A stretch of 64,000 bases of DNA from Thermoanaerobaculia bacterium (GTDB lineage Bacteria > Acidobacteriota > Thermoanaerobaculia > UBA5066). A program made the position numbers and the translations under genes. Below the pieces are notes generated by a model, which saw nothing but the letters and a program-made list of their open reading frames with translations, made no database searches and was not told where the DNA came from. This document shows positions 21,477-35,735 of this stretch, in pieces; within the stretch, counting starts at the first letter, position 1; the number at the start of each line of letters is the position of its first letter. The stretch lies in the NCBI GenBank assembly GCA_963816185.1, contig CAWFJJ010000008.1, forward strand, positions 96,001 to 160,000, in the 5' to 3' direction.

Positions 21477-21586
21477 GGCGTTCCTGTCTTCCCCAGGAAG
21501 TTCGTTGAACGGTCAGAGTCTAACCTCTCGCCCGAGGCCGCCGCCACAGTCGGTGGGGGAGACGGCACGCTACACTCGGCCTCTAC

Positions 21587-22414
21587 ATGCCCGCCGACGC
21601 CGTTCCGGTCTACGACTCCGCGCGAAAAACCCTGAAGTGGCTCGAGGAGGCCACCGAGCTGTGGCGGTACCGCCACCTGGTGGCCGAGATCGTCGTGCGC
21701 GACATCAAGGTCCGCTACAAGCGCTCGGTCCTGGGCGTGGCGTGGACGATGCTCAGCCCGCTCCTGAACATGCTCGCCATGACGTGGGTCTTCTCGATCG
21801 TCCTGAAGATGGGCATCCGGAACTTCCCCGTCTACTTTCTCGCCGGGTCGACGTTCTGGACGTTCTTCGCCCAGTCGACGGGGCAGGCCGCCTCGATGAC
21901 GATCGAGGCCATGGAGATCACGAAGCGCGTCTACGTTCCGCGGTCCGTCTTCGTCATCTCGGCCGTCGGCGTCGGTGTCGTCAACCTGCTCTTCAGCCTC
22001 GTCCCGCTCCTCCTGATCATCCTGGCGACCGGCTACCCCTTCCACACCTCGTGGCTCTTCCTCCCGGTGGCCGTCGTCATCGGCGCCCTCTTCACCACCG
22101 GCGTCGGCCTCCTCGTCTTCACGATGGCCTCGCGTTTCGTGGACATCAAGGAGACGTACCTCGTCCTGGTCGGCGCCTGGTTCTTCGTCACGCCGATCGT
22201 CTACACGTCGGAGTTCGTCCCCGAACGCTTCCGCTTCATCGTCCGCTACAACCCCATGACCTACCTCGTGGAGGTCTTCCGCGCGCCGCTCTACGACGGC
22301 TGGCTCCCGGGTCCCAACACGCTCGCCTTTGCGGCGCTGGCGGCCGTTTCAGCACTCATCGTCGGCTGGCTCTTCTACTCCGCGAAGATCGAGGACTATG
22401 GCACCCGGAGCTGA
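21587..22414 (+). CDS. wzm: ABC-2 polysaccharide export permease
   Basis: RDIKVRYKRSVLG..W..L.PL, RFVD, FFVTPIVY, NPMT; multi-TM. Confidence 0.92.
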   Translation: MPADAVPVYDSARKTLKWLEEATELWRYRHLVAEIVVRDIKVRYKRSVLGVAWTMLSPLLNMLAMTWVFSIVLKMGIRNFPVYFLAGSTFWTFFAQSTGQAASMTIEAMEITKRVYVPRSVFVISAVGVGVVNLLFSLVPLLLIILATGYPFHTSWLFLPVAVVIGALFTTGVGLLVFTMASRFVDIKETYLVLVGAWFFVTPIVYTSEFVPERFRFIVRYNPMTYLVEVFRAPLYDGWLPGPNTLAFAALAAVSALIVGWLFYSAKIEDYGTRS

Positions 22415-23160
22415 CCCGGCTGTCGAGCTCTCGAACGTCTCGGTCTTCTTCAAGGTGCCGAACGAGGTGATCCTCTCCTTCAAGGAGTACGCCATCCGCA
22501 AGCTCCAGAGGCGCATCGTGCACGGCGAGCTGGCCGCCCTGAAGGACGTCTCCTTCACGGTGGCGAAGGGCGAGCGGATCGGCGTCATCGGCCCGAACGG
22601 GGCGGGGAAGAGCACGCTCTTCCGCGTCATCGCCCGCGTGCGGCGGCCCTCCGAGCGGGCGGGTCGTCGTTCGCGGGCGCGTGGCGCCCCTCCTGGAGCT
22701 GGGGCTCGGCTTCCACGGCGAGCTGACGGGCCGCGAGAACGTCATCCTCCACGGGACGCTGATGGGCTTCTCGCGCGGCGACATGGAGGAGCGGATGGCA
22801 CGCGTGGCGGAGTTCGCCGAGCTGGAGCCGTTCCTCGACGCGCCGCTCCGGACGTACTCCACCGGCATGGCGGCGCGCCTGGCCTTCGCGGTCGCGACCG
22901 ACGTCGACCCCGACATCCTCCTGGTGGACGAGGCGCTCTCCGTCGGCGACGAGCGGTTCAAGGTGAAGTGCCACGACCGGATGGCGACGTTCCGCGAGCG
23001 GGGAAAGACGTTTCTTCTGGTCTCCCATTCGCTCGGGGACGTGACGGCGAACTGCAGCCGCGCCCTCTGGATCATGGACGGCGGCGTCGTGAAGGACGGC
23101 CCCGCCGCCGAGATCTGCGACGCGTACCAGGCGTGGGCGACGGGGGGGAGCCCGGCGTAA
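22398..23160 (+). CDS. wzt: Polysaccharide ABC exporter ATPase without C-terminal CBM (frameshift near 22655)
   Basis: ALKDVSF, GPNGAGKST, LTGRENV, YSTGMAARLAFA, LLVDEALSVGD, VSH. Confidence 0.88.
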
Positions 23161-23337
23161 GCTGGCGGCGCATTCGGCCGCGCTCACACCCCGGGAGCCG
23201 GGGAGTGCGCGAGGCCGGTTCGCGATGAAACATTCCGACGCTCCCCTTCCGGCCCGGCTCCGGCGCTTCTTCGGACTCTGAGGCTGCGACGCGTAGGCGC
23301 TGAGATGAATGCCGGAGTAAGAATCCTTGAAATGCTG

Positions 23338-23736
23338 TTAGACGCCAGTCCGCCGCTCGAGCTGGGACAGTAACCGGTCCATGAGCCGAGCGTAGCCGTC
23401 CAGTCGCCCGAAAATCCGGAGGGCCACCGGCTTGGCGTAGGTATGCACCACGTCGTTCCGATCGTCCACCATGGCGAGCGCAAGCTCCGCGTCCTCCTCG
23501 CTAAGGACCGAGACCTGTAGCAAACCGCGGAACGCTCCCTTCGGCGAGCCGACCTCCAATCCCTCGGCGTCGCGAAGAAACTGTTGGCTGGCTTTCCAGA
23601 CGGCTTCTACCGTGTACTCGAAGCGCTGAATCGCCGCGTCACGCTGGATGTCGCTTACCTCTCCAACGAGAGGGAGCTCCAGCAACGTCTGCAGCGCCTT
23701 CCGGGCAACACCCAGCCTCTCCGTCAGGCGGCCCAT
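23338..23736 (-). CDS. HEPN-domain toxin (HI0074/NTase substrate-binding family)
   Basis: RDAAIQRFEYT.E..WK and RNDVVHTY (Rx4HxY). Confidence 0.88.
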   Translation of the reverse strand: MGRLTERLGVARKALQTLLELPLVGEVSDIQRDAAIQRFEYTVEAVWKASQQFLRDAEGLEVGSPKGAFRGLLQVSVLSEEDAELALAMVDDRNDVVHTYAKPVALRIFGRLDGYARLMDRLLSQLERRTGV

Positions 23737-24029
23737 ATCACGCCGGTCTCGAGAACTCGCTCGCGAAAGGCGGGGTCAACCGAAGAGAGATCCACCACAT
23801 CCACGTGGTATGGCACGTGGCTCTCCTCCAGAGCCTCGCGGATTCCGCCAAGGACCCCGGCCGGCAGCGGGCGGCGCGGGAGCACAGCCACGTCGATGTC
23901 CGATGCGACTCTCGCCGAGCCCGAGGCGCGCGAGCCAAAGAGGACGACCATGGCCTCGCAACCCTTCAGGCGCTCCGTCACGATGCGCCGGACCTCTTCC
24001 AGAGCCTCCTCAGCAGTGGCGCGTCTCAT
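23724..24029 (-). CDS. Minimal nucleotidyltransferase (MNT) antitoxin
   Basis: LFGSRASG...SDIDVAV (GSx10DxD), VDVVDL; overlaps the HEPN start. Confidence 0.88.
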   Translation of the reverse strand: MRRATAEEALEEVRRIVTERLKGCEAMVVLFGSRASGSARVASDIDVAVLPRRPLPAGVLGGIREALEESHVPYHVDVVDLSSVDPAFRERVLETGVIWAA

Positions 24030-24126
24030 GTCCAAAGTATAGGACCCACCTACTTTCAGCGCTTTCTCCCCAGCGTCTTCGTCAACACGACGCGTGGGCG
24101 CAGCGGACGGCGTAAGCTGGCGACGT

Positions 24127-24384
24127 ATGGTCGAATTCCGTACGGCCGATACCTCCGGAGGCGCGTGGGAGCTCACGCGCGCGGTCCACGCGCGGCTAGG
24201 GCCCGAAGGCCGTCTTCGCGCGGCCTTCGAGGCTTCGGAGTTCGTGCGATCCATCGCGCGTGAAGGCATCCAGGCCCGCCATCCGGGATATGACGCGCTT
24301 CAGCTCGACCGCTCTCTCTTCCGGCAAATCTACGGCGAGGCGCTTTTCCGGAAGGTCTTCCCCGGCGTCGACGAAAGGCCGTGA
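24127..24384 (+). CDS. Small helical protein of the type found upstream of nucleotidyltransferase genes (antitoxin-like)
   Basis: DTS...LGPEGRLR...REGIQARHP...IYG pattern recognised from memory. Confidence 0.6.
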   Translation: MVEFRTADTSGGAWELTRAVHARLGPEGRLRAAFEASEFVRSIAREGIQARHPGYDALQLDRSLFRQIYGEALFRKVFPGVDERP

Positions 24385-24607
24385 GCGCGCCGCCGCGCGC
24401 CTTTTTGGGCTCGACGTCTACGTCATTTCGCCGGAAGGCTCCATCCTGTCGAAGCTCGAGTGGTCACGGCGCGGGGGCTCCGACCGCCAGCTCCGCGACG
24501 CGTCGGCCGTCCTGGCCGCCAATCGCGAGACACTCGACTTCGACTACCTCCGCCAGCAGGCACGCGGGCTGGGCGTGGACGACCTGCTCGAGCTCCTGCT
24601 GGGGTAA
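24381..24607 (+). pseudogene. C-terminal remnant of a nucleotidyltransferase-fold protein
   Basis: VISPEGSILSKLEW..GGSDRQLRD...LDFDYL..ARGLG. The coupled GTG start at 24381 is out of frame and the catalytic N-terminal part is absent. Confidence 0.6.
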
Positions 24608-24702
24608 AGCGGCGGCGCCTGAAGCGATCGCCGGGCTCCGCTGACTTACCGCCCTGAGATCGCTATTCCGGGCCCCGACCAGCCGGCGAAGGAAATCGTC
24701 CG

Positions 24703-26471
<1,769 letters not shown>

Positions 26472-26539
26472 TCATCACCCGCTCACCGGGTTCGATCGAA
26501 TGCGACGCGCCTCACCGCGATGGGTTAAATCTTTATCTG

Positions 26540-28004
26540 ATGGGTCGGGTTCATCTTGTCGGTGCCTCGATCCCGCGATCCGGGCACCATTTCCTCGTAC
26601 AGATCCTCCAGCAGCTTCTCGGCCCGGCGTTCGCGCACTGCGAGTTCTACGGTCCGGATGACTGCTGCCGCTCGATTCCGTGCCGGCGATTCGGTGACGT
26701 GCAGCTCTTCTTTCAGAAGAATCACGACCTGGACCTCACGCTTCCCGCGAGTCTCGAGGGCGTCACATACGTCGTTCAGTTCCGCGACCCGGTCATGAGT
26801 GCGCTTTCCGACCGGGAGCACCGCGCCTTTCTCGAAGGCGAGGCCCGGCCGCTGACCGGGAGGAGCTCCCCGTCTGGCTCGGCCGGAAGGCGGCCTATTA
26901 CGAGCGCTTCTTTGAGAAGTGGGTTCGGCCCCGTGCTTCGAACTGTGTCTTAATCGACTACGACAGCCTCGTCGACAACACCGTCAACGTGGTCGAGCGA
27001 TTTCTATCGGTGATCGGCATGCCGATGGAACCGGGCGCCGTTGCCGCGGCGTGCGAGGCGAGCGCCAGCCACACTGCCGCCTTTCCGGCAGGTGCGCAAA
27101 GCGAGACCTTCGCTCGGCGGACGCTCGAGAGAAACAGTTCCTTGACCCAGTCTATTTCCCGGTCTTTGAGTCACTCGTCCTCGATCGGCTTCCGGAGCTC
27201 CGCTCAAAGCGGCGACTTGAGAACGTAGCCTGGGGACATCATCCCGTCGCACACGTTTACCGGGCCGAGATGGCCCGGGCGTCAGGCGATCCCGCGCATG
27301 CGCTGTCCTTCGTCGGCGAGGCTCTGCAGACGGCACCGGCCAACTGCATCTTCTGGCAATGAAGAGCTGATCTTCGGAGCGCGCTTTGACCTGGCACCGA
27401 GGAGGCGATCGAGGCCGCGGCCCTGGCGGTCAGAAAAAGGCCTGACGACCCGGAGAATCTTCGTCGGCTGAGCGATCTCGCCGACTACAACAAGGCCCGG
27501 GAGACGCTTGCGAAGGGGCGGTGGCTGGGTCGCCGAGCAGCTGGTCAGCCTCTATCCGCAGGATACGGGACACCGGCTTCATCTGGCAGTGATTCTCCTC
27601 GCGCTCCACGAGGTCGGCGCGGCGCAGGAGCATGCCGGACAACGTCATTCAGATCGGTCCGCGCTACCGGGACGTCTGGGGGATGGCCAGCGATGTTCTC
27701 CATGGCCGGAAAGAGCTGGCCGGCGGCTCTTGCCGCGGTAGAGGGTGCCTTGACGCTGTGCCCCCTGGAGGCCGAGTACCATCATCACCGGGCCCACACC
27801 CTGGCCATTCTGGGCCGCATTGACGAGGGGGAGCGCGACGCACCACCAGGCGATCAGGCTGGATTCGAATCAGCCCGACTGGTGGTGGAAGCCGGCGAAG
27901 ATCTGCGCATCGGCAGGCCGGACAGGCGGGCGGCAAGCGAGACGGTCAAGAAAGCGATTTTGCTGTTTCCGGTACATCTGAGTTTGAGAGCGCAGGCGAA
28001 GTAG
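26540..28004 (+). pseudogene. Sulfotransferase-domain + TPR protein, multiply frameshifted
   Basis: SIPRSGHHFL (5'-PSB-like), QFRDPV..ALS (3'-PB-like), YERFFEKW, IDYDSL; TPR-like helices (AL..AP.N, ALTLCPLEAEYHHHRA) scattered over frames. Confidence 0.65.
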
Positions 28005-28384
28005 GTGAGCGAGATCCTTGGCGGGCGCTTTGGGACGAGCGGACGTTTCCTCGGGTGTGAGCCCACGGAGTAGCAGACGCAACCCCGACTAAATGTGGGT
28101 GCGAGCAGCTATGACGGGGAGGGTCTCCATCGTGACCATCGCCTAGAGATCCGAGAGCCTTGCCAGGCTTGGGCTTAACGATAGCGGTTCCGACTTTTGC
28201 CCTAGCTCTAAGCCAGAGTTGTCTCAGCGAAAGAGGCTCTCTGGAACCAACATGTTCGTGCGTTGTGGGGCGATTTACCGCCCATTTCTTACCAACCCGA
28301 GGTGGCACCACGCCCTTTAATCAACGACCGGTTCCCCCTAGAGTCGGAGGGGTGGCAGTCCGGTGGATAGAAGACGAATGCCGT

Positions 28385-29130
28385 TTGAGCACTGAAGATA
28401 CGCCAATACGCTTGGCGCATTGTGAGCACCCCGCGTTCGGGGAATAGATGGCGATGTTACATGCTCGCAGAAGCGTTGGGTTTGGAACAGTTCCCTGTTC
28501 ACCATCCGGGACTGCTTTGGTGGTCGTCACTTCCGATGCGATCAATCGTCCAAAACGTCGATGGCTTCAGTCGGAAGAGTTCTCGGCAGTGTTGCTGGCG
28601 AACCACGTTCGGCCTATTGTCTGGGCGAGGCACCCGCTGGATGTCGCTGATCTCGATTCTTCACTTTTGTTTCGCCTAGAAAAAGACAAACATTTTCTCG
28701 GCTTGCAGGTGCTGGGGGGTCGGAAGAATCAATTCCGGGCGCGGACCCTTTGAGTGAAGCGGTTCTCGAGTATGGCAGAGGTCCGCGGGTTTCGGGCCCT
28801 TTTGGCTGCAAGCCGAGAGTGGTGGATTCAATCAAAAAGTCGTAAAGGTCCGGTATGAGAGCCTCGTCGGCGATACCGCCGGAACGCTCGGTGGACTTCT
28901 GGCGAAGTCTTCAGGGTGAGAGAGCGGAGACCGCGGCTAAGGCCGCCCGGATCGCGTCCAAGTACTCGCTGGATCGCTTGCGGCCCACGAGTCGGAATGA
29001 TCACTTCTGGCAGGGAAGGCCGGGGCTTTGGCGCCAGTTGCTGCTGCCCGACCGGGTCGAGAAGATCGTGGCCTACAAAGAGATTCCTTTCGGCAGTCCG
29101 GCTATGAACCGGTTGCGGATGGCGCATTGA
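28385..29130 (+). pseudogene. Second sulfotransferase, decayed
   Basis: Read across frames: IRLA-IVSTPRSGN.W..YMLA, ARHPLDV-LISILHF, HFWQGRPGLWR. Confidence 0.65.
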
Positions 29131-29448
29131 CGGCGGATCGCGTGCGAGCTCTTTGGATGGCGCTAGGAGGATAACTGTGAAAGACAACCCCGCCTTGCAC
29201 ATCGACGATCCTTTAGCAGACGGTGGACGATCGGGCCGGTCAAGCGGTTTGAACATGTACGCCATTTGCCATTGCTCTGTGTGCCGCGTCAGGGCAACCA
29301 TGCTCAAGCCATACGTTGCCTTAACTCTGGACGGGCGTGAGGGTCCGCGGAGTGCTACGAAGCGGAGACTGCGAAGATAGGTACTCATAGAGTAAAGGGT
29401 CGAGGGTTTCGGGCCAGTCTGTTTCCGCATTTGCGCCTGTGGCCGGGG

Positions 29449-30230
29449 CTACCGAGAGACCACGGGCTGTCCCTTTATTGCGTCCTTAGTCACACCGACT
29501 CCGCCGAGATTTTGGATTCTCTCGGTGGGGCTGACGTAGAGATTCGCCAGCGGATTCCTGCAATCATAGACCGACGTAAACCCGACGCGCCGGTCGGACC
29601 TCGTACATAACGAGGGACGAGTGAGCCAAACGGACAACTGGTTGTTAAGAGAGGCTCCTGAGCACCTTAACTTCTTGATGCCTGGTCGCGCCGGGGGCAT
29701 GTTCACTCAACGTCTCTCCCCAATACCGCCATTCTCGCCAGGGATAGGACGTCACGGGTGGGCTGGCCACGTGCGTCTCAAACACAGCAAAGTCACGGCA
29801 TACGTCGCTGACATTGTGGTGCTTAGGGGGTCGCGAAGGGAGGGCGAGCGAATGGTAAAGAATGCCTAGGCAAAGAACCCCATCGAGGTAGCCGTAATCG
29901 TCCTTAGTGAGGTCACGAACGTCGGCTTTTACAAAGTCGACGTTTGAAAAAGAAAGAGCGTGCTTTGTGCGACGGGCAACGTCAAGCCATTATCGCGGCC
30001 TTCAATGCCGAGTACGAAGAGCGCCGCGGCGTGCAAGCTTGATCAACAACACGCACGATGGGACCATGATACGTCGAGTATGCGATAACCTGGAAGTGGC
30101 CGATGTGCAATGTCGCAAATGGTTTGGAGGATGCGATGGAAACCATCGGAGTATTGTCGACGGTTGGCGCTGGATCGAGCATGAAGGTAGCGTCCTTTCG
30201 GGGTATATTGAACAAGGAAGGGCGTAGATC
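29449..30230 (-). pseudogene. Heavily decayed class I SAM methyltransferase
   Basis: Manual minus-strand translation across frames: RILQTICDIAHRPLPGYRILDV, LARRGA-VLGIEGR, NVDFVKADVRDL...DGVLCLGILYH, FETHVA, SLNNQLSVWLTRPSL, VGFTSVYDC. Ends approximate. Confidence 0.65.
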
Positions 30231-30801
30231 GTGATAGTATCTTCGGCGCCTATTCCAGTGAAGAGGATACAGCGTATTGGATGTTGGCGCGAAGGGCGCG
30301 CAAAGATTGCGATCGGCTGGGATATCAAGATCGGGATACGCCAATTGGCCGAGCCGGGTTCCTATTGCCGTGTGTAACAACATGACATTGAGGGTTCCAT
30401 TAGAGGGTGCAATGAGTACCGGCGGCGTTTGTTGAAGGAAAGAGGTACTTGGGGTGGCGGGGTGAAAGGACCAGGGGCACAGAGGATGATGAGGAGTCCG
30501 CCTTTTCGGAGAGGGGCGCCAGCGTTCGGCAGTAGAGCACCGGACGAAAGGCGTTGGCCCGCGCAAATGGGCGCGGATCCACGCGTTGTTAGGGGCCAGG
30601 TAGAGAGGACGGCTTGACGACATGCGGGATCCGAAGTGGCGGTTCGCCTCGAAGAAGGATAATTCCCCGCTTCCTAGTCCTGAATCCAGACCTCGATTGC
30701 GTTGATCTCTAACTCCGGGAACCTTCTCCTCATGAGCTTACTTACAAGCGGGTGGCGAAAGAGGCCCGGATCTAGGGCAAGCGCGGGCCGGACATGATTC
30801 T

Positions 30802-31645
30802 TCAGGTCCGGGACCTCCTGCCGAAGGAACCGAAAACGGCTTTCGTGCTCCCGAAGGATGCGGCGAGTCCTTCGAGGGATCGGGATGATTCGAGTGCCGC
30901 CGCGGCCATCGCCGCATGGGGTTGTGTAACGGCGTCCAGACCGGTGGCGAGGTGGGTCACCTTGGCCAGGGTGCCGCCGAGTGCGGGAAGACCGAGCCGA
31001 GCTCGGGGGTGAGCGCGTCGACGAGCTTCAGGCGGGCAGCCGAATCGGCGAGGGTGGAGAGACCTTCTCGTGGGCTGGCGAGGGCCTCGCCGATCCCAGA
31101 GAGGCGGGTTTCGAGATCGGTCTTCAGCGTGTCCAAGGCGGGCGCCCGCGCCACTGAAGCGTCGAGAACTCGGACCTCCTCCTTCAATGCGGAAAGCGAC
31201 TCCTCGAGGGCATCGCCCGTTCGCCTCGCTTCGGCGAGGTGCGATTCGGCGGCACCCATCCTGAGAGAAACCTCCCCAAACGCCCGGCCGACCGCGTCGT
31301 TCGAGGTCTGTACGGCGTCGACGCGCCGCCCAAGGAGTGGAGATCGGCGGGAATGGACCGGAGATCCTCCACGTCCTTCTGAAGGCGCGCGATGTCCTTC
31401 CCGAAAGACGCGATCTCCTCGATCGTCGCCTCGAGAAGCCGGCTCTCCAGCTCTTGGTGCTTCCCGAGCATCCGGAGCCTGCGGAACGAGCGATACAAGA
31501 AACCCCGGACCTTTCCCGGCAGGGAGCCCTCGACCCCGGGGGCGGACGTCCACGCCCGCAGCCCCTCGAGCTCCGAGGCAAGTCGGGCGAGGCGCTCGTT
31601 GCGGCTGTCGGGACCACGGCCGGAAGCGGGCGGGAGTTTGCTCAT
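30802..31645 (-). pseudogene. Coiled-coil protein, frameshifted and apparently truncated
   Basis: MSKLPP...LESRLLE...IARLQKDVEDLR; next frame LEESLSALKEEVRVLD...LKTDLETRL; at least two frame changes. Confidence 0.5.
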
Positions 31646-31697
31646 CGGCGCCTCGATGATACGGGCAGCTCGAGACCTGTCCTCGCGCTTCTTCGCG

Positions 31698-32325
31698 TCA
31701 CGGTTTCGCGGTAGCCCGGATGAACGCCACGGCTCCCGCCCCCATGGCGAGGTCGTGGCGGTCGCGGTAGTCGTACCGGACGACGTCCAGCTCCGGAATG
31801 CGCTCGTACGCCGACCCGACGAGAGCGCGGTACTCGATCTCGCAATTCCAGTGACGAAAGAGCGCCTTGATGTCGACCGGGCTGTATTGCCGGTACCAGG
31901 AGGCAATCTTGCTCTGTCCGGCGGGGACTGTTGCGATGAGACGTCCTTCCTGACGCAGGAGCTCCCGGACCTCCGCAAGCGTCAGGCGATCTCCGTCCGA
32001 AAACGAGGGCTCATCGAGTAGGGCAACCCGATATGTTCGAGCGTTGACACGAGGAGGATCGTGTCGAAGAAGCGGCGGGGAAGATCGTTCCCGATGATGC
32101 TCGTCCGATGAAAGACGACGCCGGGCGGGATCGTATCCTCGCAGCCGCGAGGGTCCATGGCGTGGACGGTGAGACCGAGGCGCTGAAGGTCCGCAAGGTA
32201 CGTCGCCTCGCAGCTTCCGATATCGAGGACCGTCCCGGAGCGGGGAACGCTCTCGAGGACCCAGGGGATCTCGACCTCCGCTCGTTGATCTGGGGCGGAT
32301 TGGCGGCCGGCCGTGTTCGTCTCAT
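31698..32325 (-). CDS. Class I SAM methyltransferase (frameshifted)
   Basis: NER-VEIPWV, VLDIGSCE, VSTLEHIGL, GRLIATVP.G; ATG overlaps upstream TGA. Confidence 0.7.
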
Positions 32326-35300
32326 GAGCGTAGCGCCCCGACGACGATCCGGCCCACGTTCTCCGGAGACAGGATCCGGCGAACGTCGGCCGCGGCCTTC
32401 CGGCCTCGACCGAGCGCAGCGTCGAAATCGCGGTAGACGCTCTGGAGTTGTGCGGCTGCGTGCTCGACGTCGGCCTCGGCCCACACGCTGCCGCGCTGGA
32501 AGGGACCTTCCGGGCGTTCGACGAGAACCTCCCGGGCGTCGACGAGGAAGGAATTCTCGTCGGTCATGAAGTCGAGGTTACCGGAATAGCGGGTGGCGAC
32601 GACAGGACGCCCGTAAGCCATCGCCTCGGCGCACGTGTATCCGAAGCCCTCGGCCCGGTGGAGCGAGATGTAACAGTCAACCGCGGAGAGGAGCTGCAGG
32701 ACGCCGCGGCGGGAAAGATTCTCCGTGAGGACGCGGACGCGGCAGCCAAGGCGCGCACGCGCCTCAGACAGAAGGCTCCGAAGACGCGGCCGATGCTCGA
32801 GCCGGTCGGCGTTGCTGACCTTGAGAATCAGCGACGCAGCGTCCTTCTCGGCGAACGCCCGGGCGAAAGCCCGGATGACCGCTTCGGGGTTCTTCCGCTC
32901 GATCGAGCTGTTGGCGTCGAAGACGTAGAGGAACACGAGGCCGTCATCCTCGAGTCCTACCTCGGGTTTCGTTGCGGCCGCCGGTAGGTCGTACGTGTCA
33001 AGGACGCAGGGAACGGGAAGGACGGGTCGGCACAGGCAGCGCTCGAGGCTCTCGGCCGCGAAGCGCGAAAGCGCCCAGACGTGGTCAAAGTCGCCGTAAA
33101 CGTCCCGCCAGTAGTGGGTCCCGTCACGCTGCTCCCAGGCGAGAAAGACGACGTTTGTCCGTCCGTCGACCATCCAGCGCGGAAGGCCGTTGAGAAGGGA
33201 GTCTTGATGGTGCGGATAACTGACGAAGAGATTCGCGCCGAAGCGGTGGTCGAACGTCTGAAGGAAGTCGTCCGGGGACAGGTCGCGGTCCATGGCGACG
33301 TTGCCGACGACGTTTCGCGCGACCGGAACGCCCTGTGTGCGCAGCGCCAACACGAGGCCCTGCGTCGCCATTCCGAGTCCGATCGGGCTCTTGTGGAACC
33401 CGAAGACGTTCACGCCAGAGACCGAAGGGGGCCGGTCGAACGCCGCGGAGCTCGCCGGGACCGACGCTCCTCGATCACCCCGGGGACCTGCGCCGCGCGC
33501 TCGCGCCGCTCCCTCATGACGTCGTTGACGTGGACCGGCCGGTCCTCGCCCCGTTCGCATCGCTCGATGAGGCGGCGCTGCTCGTCGAAGAACGGCCCGG
33601 AGAAGCGACGACGGTAATCGGCGAGAGCTTCACCGAATTCCGGGTTCCTCCGAGCACGTCGCGGAGAAGGCTCTCCTGGCCCGAGGGAAGTCGCGTCGAG
33701 GGGCTGCGCCGATGTTCGCCGCCAACACGAGGGCGAGCGGCAGGCCCGCCCACGGCTTTGCGTCCATGATCCAGACGAAAAAAAGGAGGTCGTCGAGGTC
33801 GAACTCCAGTCCGTGCCTCAGGAGCCCGAGGAGAGTCCGGGTGAGGTCCCGATGTCCGACGCCGACGAAGGCGAGTGGATACGCGTCCATCGCCCACCAC
33901 GCACGGTTGACATATGAAAAAACGCGCGCAAGGGCCCGGCCCCGCGTCCGCTCGAGAAAGACCTTTCCGAAAGAAGGCGGAAAGCCGGGCTCCCGAATCG
34001 CCTCCGTCTCGAGCCATGTTGCGAAGAGTTCGGCGTCGGCGTCGAAGACGTCGGGAAAGGCGGCCTGGAGATCAGGCCGTCCTTCGTATGCCCGGCGAAC
34101 GGACAGGACTGGGGCAATCAGGTAGCTCTCCTCATCGTAACGCCGGATCGACGCCGCCAGCTCGCTCCGTCCTAGCCCGTCAAGTCGCGCGACGAGGTCT
34201 TGTCGGTCCGCCCCGAGTGGATCCCGCAGGCCGTCGAGGACCCCGCGGACCGAGGCGAGCTCTTGCCATAATTCCCCGAGTCGCAACGGCCCGGTGAGGG
34301 CGGGCCGATGCCGATCGAAGAGCTTGACGAGGCCATATTCGCGAATGCCGTGCTCCCGGATCCATCGCAGAAAGGATGAGGGATCCATTTCTGCATCGGG
34401 AATTAGGGCTCGAAGATCCGGACGAGCGGCGAAGATTTCCTGGAAGATGGCGGGGATCAGGCTGCCGGAATAGGGAATCGGCGAGAGCAGGGCCCGGCCG
34501 TAGTGGGATTCCCCTTCGTCCGTCCACGGATCCACGTCGGTCCGGAGGAAGACCTCGTGGGCCTTGAAGAGATTCCGCATCCGTTCGTCGATCGGGCATC
34601 CCGAGGGAAATGCGCCGAACCGGTAAGGCTGGCAGGCATATTCGCTCAATCCATTGGCGCGAAGCCGCTCGAGGTAGAAGTCCAGGATTCTGGCGACCGA
34701 GGGCATGAGATACGCCGAGTAACGGGAGTCGTGCTTCGAGATCCGGGCCGGGTCCGCCGGTGAGAAGCCGGAGAAGTGAAAACAGACGAGAGGCCGGCCG
34801 TCGACCGTCCAGCGCCGCGACGAAACGGCTCCGTCAAGTCCTTCCCAGCGGAGCGAACGGTCGTGGAGATTCCAGTACGCCACGTTGTACGCGGTGTCCC
34901 TCAGCACGTGGACGTCGTCGGCGAAGGAGAAGATCCAATTGAAGGAGTTCTGCTCCATCTGCCCGCCGAGCGCCTTCATGAAGGCACCTGGTACGGTGAC
35001 CAGGCGGGTCCACGTCTCGAGAAACGAGAAGGCCTTCTCGCAGACCCGGAATCCGAAGATTCCCGCGTTCATCGGGCCGGCGTAGGCCAGATCCCCCAGG
35101 GACGGTCTTTCCCAGAATCGGTGCGGCTCCGGAAATGGTGCGATCGTGTGGGGCGTCACGACGAAGGTGTGATGGGCGAGGGCCTCGCCTAGCGCTGCCG
35201 CCGGGTTGAAAAAGGCGATGTCGGAGTCGGCGTAGAGAATCGTCTCCCACGGGGCCGTCGTCGCGACGTGGCTGAGCACATATGGCTTCAAGGCGCAGCA

Positions 35301-35651
35301 GAGATCGGTGGCCGAGTACTTGAGCGCCATGAAGGAAAAGTCCGGGATCTCGAGCTGGCCCGGGACGAGCACCGTAACCCCGTCGACGTGAACTTCTCCG
35401 GCAGAGGGGCCGTCTGCGACGAGGAGTACGGCTCCGGCCCCCGGATGATGAGCACGAAACGTCTCGATCAGGGTTCTTGCGAAGTGCAGGTGACTCACCG
35501 TACAGACCGAGACGAGGCAGAGACCGCGGCGATCGAGGAATCGATCGGACCGACTCTCGGGTTGAGGCGCGTCTTGCGGGGACGCCGGATCGGAAACACG
35601 AGACATCCCGGCATCGACGTGCCGATGCGCACGAGGCTCAGTGCCCGTCAT
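32322..35651 (-). CDS. Large multidomain glycosyltransferase: GT8-like domain, RPDL helical repeats, C-terminal GT4 (frameshifts ~33400-33720)
   Basis: ALKP, YADSD, YNVAYWNL, FHFSG; RPDLQAAFPD; GVNVFG, ERKNP, SLHRAEGFG...EAMAYG; GGAGA RBS before 35651. Confidence 0.78.
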
Positions 35652-35735
35652 CTGCGAGTCTCCGTTGCGGTATGGTTTGCGCCGGATCGATCTCCTGGTG
35701 AGCCCCAATACTCTACCGCATGCGTAGCTCTTTCG

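Noticed and set aside
23161-23337. Imperfect inverted repeats after wzt
   Set aside because: Pairing is weak for such GC-rich DNA and no second copy was found in the window.
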